Assembly: GCF_000015145.1 (NCBI RefSeq)
Contig: NC_008818.1
Location: 1,350,001-1,382,000 of the forward strand
DNA: 32,000 nt
DNA from: Hyperthermus butylicus DSM 5456
GTDB taxonomy: Archaea > Thermoproteota > Thermoprotei_A > Sulfolobales > Pyrodictiaceae
Direction: 5' to 3'
Numbering within the stretch: position 1 is the first letter of the stretch; the number at the start of each line of letters is the position of its first letter. The notes below the pieces were generated by a model. The model saw only the letters and a list, made by a program, of their open reading frames with translations. It was not told where the DNA came from and did not search any database. Shown piece by piece: positions 28,545 to 32,000 of this stretch. The position numbers and the translations under genes were made by a program.

Positions 28545-29493
28545 ATGCTACGTATTGTCGAAAACTATGATGGAACTGATCGCGAGATAAATGAGGCTTT
28601 AGCGAGGGTATATGATGCTTTTCATGTCGAGGAGAGATGGTGTATTAGACGCCTAGATGCCAGCGATATAGAGAGGTGGTTTAGGGATACCTCCCCCGGC
28701 GAGAATGCTCTATGCTTTATGGGTGATAATGTAGCTGGTTTCGGGTTTGCTTGGCAGGCTTCCGGCTCTAACTCTGTCTGGATAGTTATAGATGCCTCGG
28801 CGCCTATAGAGTTGCAAATGCATACGGCTAGGTCTCTGCTTGCATGGGCTCGTTTAAGCTTTGAACGCAGAGGCATACGGGGAGTTGCAGACCTTAGGTG
28901 TGGATTCTGGTTTGGGCATATGCACAGGATGATGACGGATCTCCTCAGGGCATCGGGGCCTGAAATCTCATGGGGGACGCTAATGGTGTATCAGGGTGGG
29001 ACTGAGAGGTATACAGCTCCTCGCGGCTACAATATTCGGCCGTGTAGCCTAGCTGACGTGCCGCGTATTGTCGAGGTTGTAAATGCTGCCTTTTCCGGGT
29101 ACGAGTGGTGGCACCCTATCAGCGTCGAGGATGTGTCTAGACACATTGAGAGGGAACGTTATCTGCTACGTAGCGCTTGATAACACTGGGAACGTGGTGG
29201 GATATGTTGATGCTAGCATTTACGAGGCTCTAGACGGCGGCCGTACCGCTGACATGGGACTTCTTGCCATCGACCCGGAGCATCAGGGTAAAGGCCTGGG
29301 CAAAGCGCTGATGGGCACAGTTGTTGGTGCTCTCTCCAGGCTAGGTGTTAGGCGCATAGTCCTTGACAGTGTTAGTTGTCTTGAAAGGTTCTATAGCAGG
29401 TTCGGCTTTAGGGAGTACCGTAGATGGGTTACAATTAGAACACCTATCCAGACTCTGCAACAGGAACTACCCAGCCTAGAGAGGTGGCGATAA
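28545..29493 (+). pseudogene. Tandem GNAT acetyltransferase, frame disrupted near 29169
   Basis: The N-terminal domain ORF 28545..29180 ends just after RGYNIRPCSLADVPRIVEVVNAAF...ERYLLRSA*. The other frame continues VALDNTGNVVGYVDASIYEA...GLLAIDPEHQGKGLGKALMGTVVGALSRLGVRRIVLDSV...FYSRFGF, the GNAT acetyl-CoA loop. Confidence 0.8.
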
Positions 29494-29710
29494 CAGTACA
29501 ACTACTAACGCTGACCAATGTTCAGCCGAGTCATCATCTTTACTCCCTTCCATGAGCACGCGAGCTTTAGAGCCATAGTCTACATCTGAATCCACAAGTA
29601 CGACTACCCAACGATAACACAGTGTACCATCCGTCTGGCTTCCCCAACCCTACTGATGAAGTATGGGGTGAAAAGGGTTGACCTTGACATTCGTTGTGAT
29701 TTCCGATGGA

Positions 29711-30562
29711 TTACCCCCTCATTTTCTCCATCATCGCTGATGCCGCGTAGCCTATCCATGCGACGAGCTCTACGAATGCTAGTGCGTCGCGTGCCGAGTA
29801 GGCGCGGTAACGTAGGGTATAGGCGTCTAGCCTCTCCGCCCTGGGCAGCAGCTGTGCCATGTCTGCGTAGAGGCTGTCGCGCAGCTCTACTCGGAGCTCC
29901 AGCTCGCCGTTTGGCTTTAGTGGCTGGGCTTTGCCGCGCTTCAGCCTCTCAACGGCTTCTCTGACCGCCTTCCTTAGCTTCTGCTCTACCAGCGACTTCG
30001 ACTCATACATGGCTGCAAGCCTTCCATACCCCTTCTTGAGCGGCAGGAATACAGCCCACGGGGTATGCTTCTCGACCTGGCTCCGGAGATGCTCATCCCC
30101 CGCAACCAGTACTACTGGAACACCGTGCTCGCCAGCGTAGAGCGCGTTTAGCAGGTACTCGCTAGCCAACTCGCCGTTGACGTAGATTCTGTGGATAACC
30201 CTGGAGCTGTAGGTGTGCTCGAGGAATCCACCTGTGGTGCCAGCGGCGGCGTGGTAGCCTATGAACATTGCAGCGTCGAAGCCCTCCTCCACGCCGAGAA
30301 CCATCGAGAATGGTCTAGGGTAGCCTTGCACTAGCCGGACACGCTCATCAACATCAATGTAATCTATGTTCGCCATGAACCCGTGGCTATCAGCTACAAC
30401 TACATCATCCACACCGAGCACTGAAAACTCGTCCGCAAGAACATTCACGATCCAGGTCATGATGCGGCGTGCATCCCCGTAGAGAGGGTAGCCGGGCGCG
30501 ACCTGGGACAGCGTTGATATGCCAGGTAGGCCTTCAAGGTCTACGGAGACGTAGATCTTCAA
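29711..30562 (-). CDS. dppA: D-aminopeptidase, DppA family (M55)
   Basis: MKIYVSVDLEGLPGISTLSQV, VVVADSHGFMANIDY, GYPRPFSMVLGVEEGFDAAMFIGYHAAAGTTGGFLEHTYSSRVIHRIYVNG are M55 metal-site motifs. Confidence 0.93.
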   Translation of the reverse strand: MKIYVSVDLEGLPGISTLSQVAPGYPLYGDARRIMTWIVNVLADEFSVLGVDDVVVADSHGFMANIDYIDVDERVRLVQGYPRPFSMVLGVEEGFDAAMFIGYHAAAGTTGGFLEHTYSSRVIHRIYVNGELASEYLLNALYAGEHGVPVVLVAGDEHLRSQVEKHTPWAVFLPLKKGYGRLAAMYESKSLVEQKLRKAVREAVERLKRGKAQPLKPNGELELRVELRDSLYADMAQLLPRAERLDAYTLRYRAYSARDALAFVELVAWIGYAASAMMEKMRG

Positions 30563-31013
30563 GGCTCAGAAGCCCTCCAAGATACAGCCTGATCCAGGGT
30601 AGACGGTTAAACATCCAACCCTGCAGTAACAGTGCCATCCCCTAGCAGGCCCGGCCCTTCCCTCCATGGAGGCTTGTAGCTCTGACAATTAGGCCTCTGA
30701 ACAATGCCTCGACGATGGTCTATCCGCCAGCCTACAGTTCCGTCCCGCAGAGCCCAAGATGTGACAGAGGGGTAGAGGCTCGGGAGCACAACACGATACC
30801 GCGGCCAAGCATCCAGAACAGCCATGCATGCTGGCCCGGCTCACGTGGCTCGCCGGTAGCTGCAGGATGTGTGGCAGTCATCTGGCATATTACGGCCATA
30901 GCATTGCCCGGGTTTGCGGCTAGTAGACATGTATACTGCCGGCTAGGTGGCTAGGTATTTGGTCAGCCCTAGCGGTTATAATACTCTGGCTTGCCTGTTC
31001 CCCTAGCTAATGG

Positions 31014-31790
31014 GTGCAAGTGTTGCACCTCACCATCTACATTCACCCATCCTGCCCTGCCAGCCGCAACCTGGTGCTATACCTCCACGAGAAGGGGCTC
31101 CTTAACCGGGTTGAACTCGTCTCGACGGCACGGCCATCTACATCGGGTTTGTTGAGGGAGGCTGTGTGGAGCGTACCGTGGCTTGTGGGAGAGGGGGTGC
31201 CGCTTGCAACGGACCCCATAGAGCCCGGGGAGGCGGAGCTCATCATAAGGGAGTTTAGGACTACGAGGACCAGCAATCCGCTGGATGATTTCGCTGAGGC
31301 TATCCTCCACAGCGCTTACGCGTCCGCAGTAGCATATCTTCACGGTAGCCTTGAGCCGGTACTGGATTGCGACTTTGTCATGGCTGCTACTAGGGCCAAG
31401 CTGCGTGGTCTGGACGTCTCCCAGGTGCTCCTCGAGGCTGGGCACCGTGCTGCAGACCTCTACGCCGACCTGGAGGACAAGATAATGAGGGCCCTCGGGA
31501 TATCCTATGTACGCGAGCTCTACTGGGCCAGCGGCGGGAGCCTAAGCCGGGAGGAGCTTGTAGAGCTAGCAACACCCATACATGTCGGTGCGTGGCTGAT
31601 AGCCAAGGCCAGCCTTGGCCGGAGCGGGCTCCCCTCGAAGCCGGTGCCGGATAAGGCCAGGCTTGAGAGGCTCGCAAGCTTCGTTAGGAGGGGTGCAGCT
31701 GGCCTGCTTAGGAGGATTGAGAGAGAGTACCAGGAGGTTATGGAAGATGAAAACTACTGGAGGATACTTGAGGAGCACGGGCTAGCCTAG
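31014..31790 (+). CDS. Thioredoxin/glutaredoxin-like N-terminal domain protein, function unknown
   Basis: [33 protein letters not shown]...[25 protein letters not shown] (thioredoxin-like fold pattern), with a helical C-terminal domain. Confidence 0.65.
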   Translation: MQVLHLTIYIHPSCPASRNLVLYLHEKGLLNRVELVSTARPSTSGLLREAVWSVPWLVGEGVPLATDPIEPGEAELIIREFRTTRTSNPLDDFAEAILHSAYASAVAYLHGSLEPVLDCDFVMAATRAKLRGLDVSQVLLEAGHRAADLYADLEDKIMRALGISYVRELYWASGGSLSREELVELATPIHVGAWLIAKASLGRSGLPSKPVPDKARLERLASFVRRGAAGLLRRIEREYQEVMEDENYWRILEEHGLA

Positions 31791-32000
31791 AACGGGCTGT
31801 AGCCCTCCCGGAGCCACCGAGCCACGTCAAGCGCATGATAAGTTATCACTATGTCTGCACCCGCCCTCCTTATAGCAGTTATTATCTCCATTGTTACGAG
31901 CTTCTCATCTATCCAGCCCTTCTCAGCAGCAGCCTTGACCATGGAGTATTCTGCGCTCACGTTGTAGGCTGCTAGGGGGTACTGGGGAAACGCCTCCTTA
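31787..32000 (-). CDS. hemB: Delta-aminolevulinic acid dehydratase (porphobilinogen synthase), C-terminal part, truncated by window edge
   Basis: Manual minus-strand translation: [70 protein letters not shown], the HemB C-terminal signature. Confidence 0.92.
   Translation of the reverse strand, partial: KEAFPQYPLAAYNVSAEYSMVKAAAEKGWIDEKLVTMEIITAIRRAGADIVITYHALDVARWLREGYSPF

Noticed and set aside
30562-31013. Possible small RNA or gene in the dppA to 31014 gap (ORF 30607..30825 minus)
   Set aside because: Translation has no recognisable motif and no convincing hairpin was found; only a TTATAAT-like promoter element just upstream of 31014 stands out.
1-32000. tRNA, rRNA or CRISPR array
   Set aside because: By eye no T-arm consensus (GGTTCRANYCC) with cloverleaf context, no rRNA landmarks, and no regularly spaced repeats on either strand. 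A tRNAscan/minced run would be decisive.

Overview
This 32 kb window looks like chromosome from a hyperthermophilic crenarchaeon. Pyrodictiaceae-like is my inference from protein style (FEN-1, KptA, Isp-type hydrogenase, archaeal VapBC); I made no database comparison. The main content is two respiratory blocks. (1) A minus-strand [NiFe]-hydrogenase operon in the order small subunit, Isp1-type cytochrome b, Isp2/HdrD-type Fe-S protein, large subunit, with a hydrogenase maturation protease gene on the other strand. (2) A plus-strand nap-type cluster with a very large NapA-like molybdoenzyme (1249 aa), a NapG-like ferredoxin, NapH and a NapD-like chaperone. It is preceded by a membrane-anchored single-CxxCH protein, a ferredoxin-domain protein and an uncharacterised ORF, and no recognisable napB or napC is present. 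Other content: VapBC (partial), a decayed tnpB, a galE-like gene with two frameshifts, a flippase-like protein, APS kinase, an EamA transporter, FEN-1, KptA, an AEC transporter, an SDR, a tandem-GNAT gene with a frameshift, a D-aminopeptidase, and the 3' end of hemB. Single-base frame disruptions occur in several otherwise well-conserved genes, so assembly error must be excluded before calling pseudogenes. I saw no CRISPR array, rRNA or tRNA. I found no clear new defence system. The best candidates for something undescribed are the nap block with its unusual cytochrome and accessory genes, and the Asp-for-Cys change in the hydrogenase small subunit.
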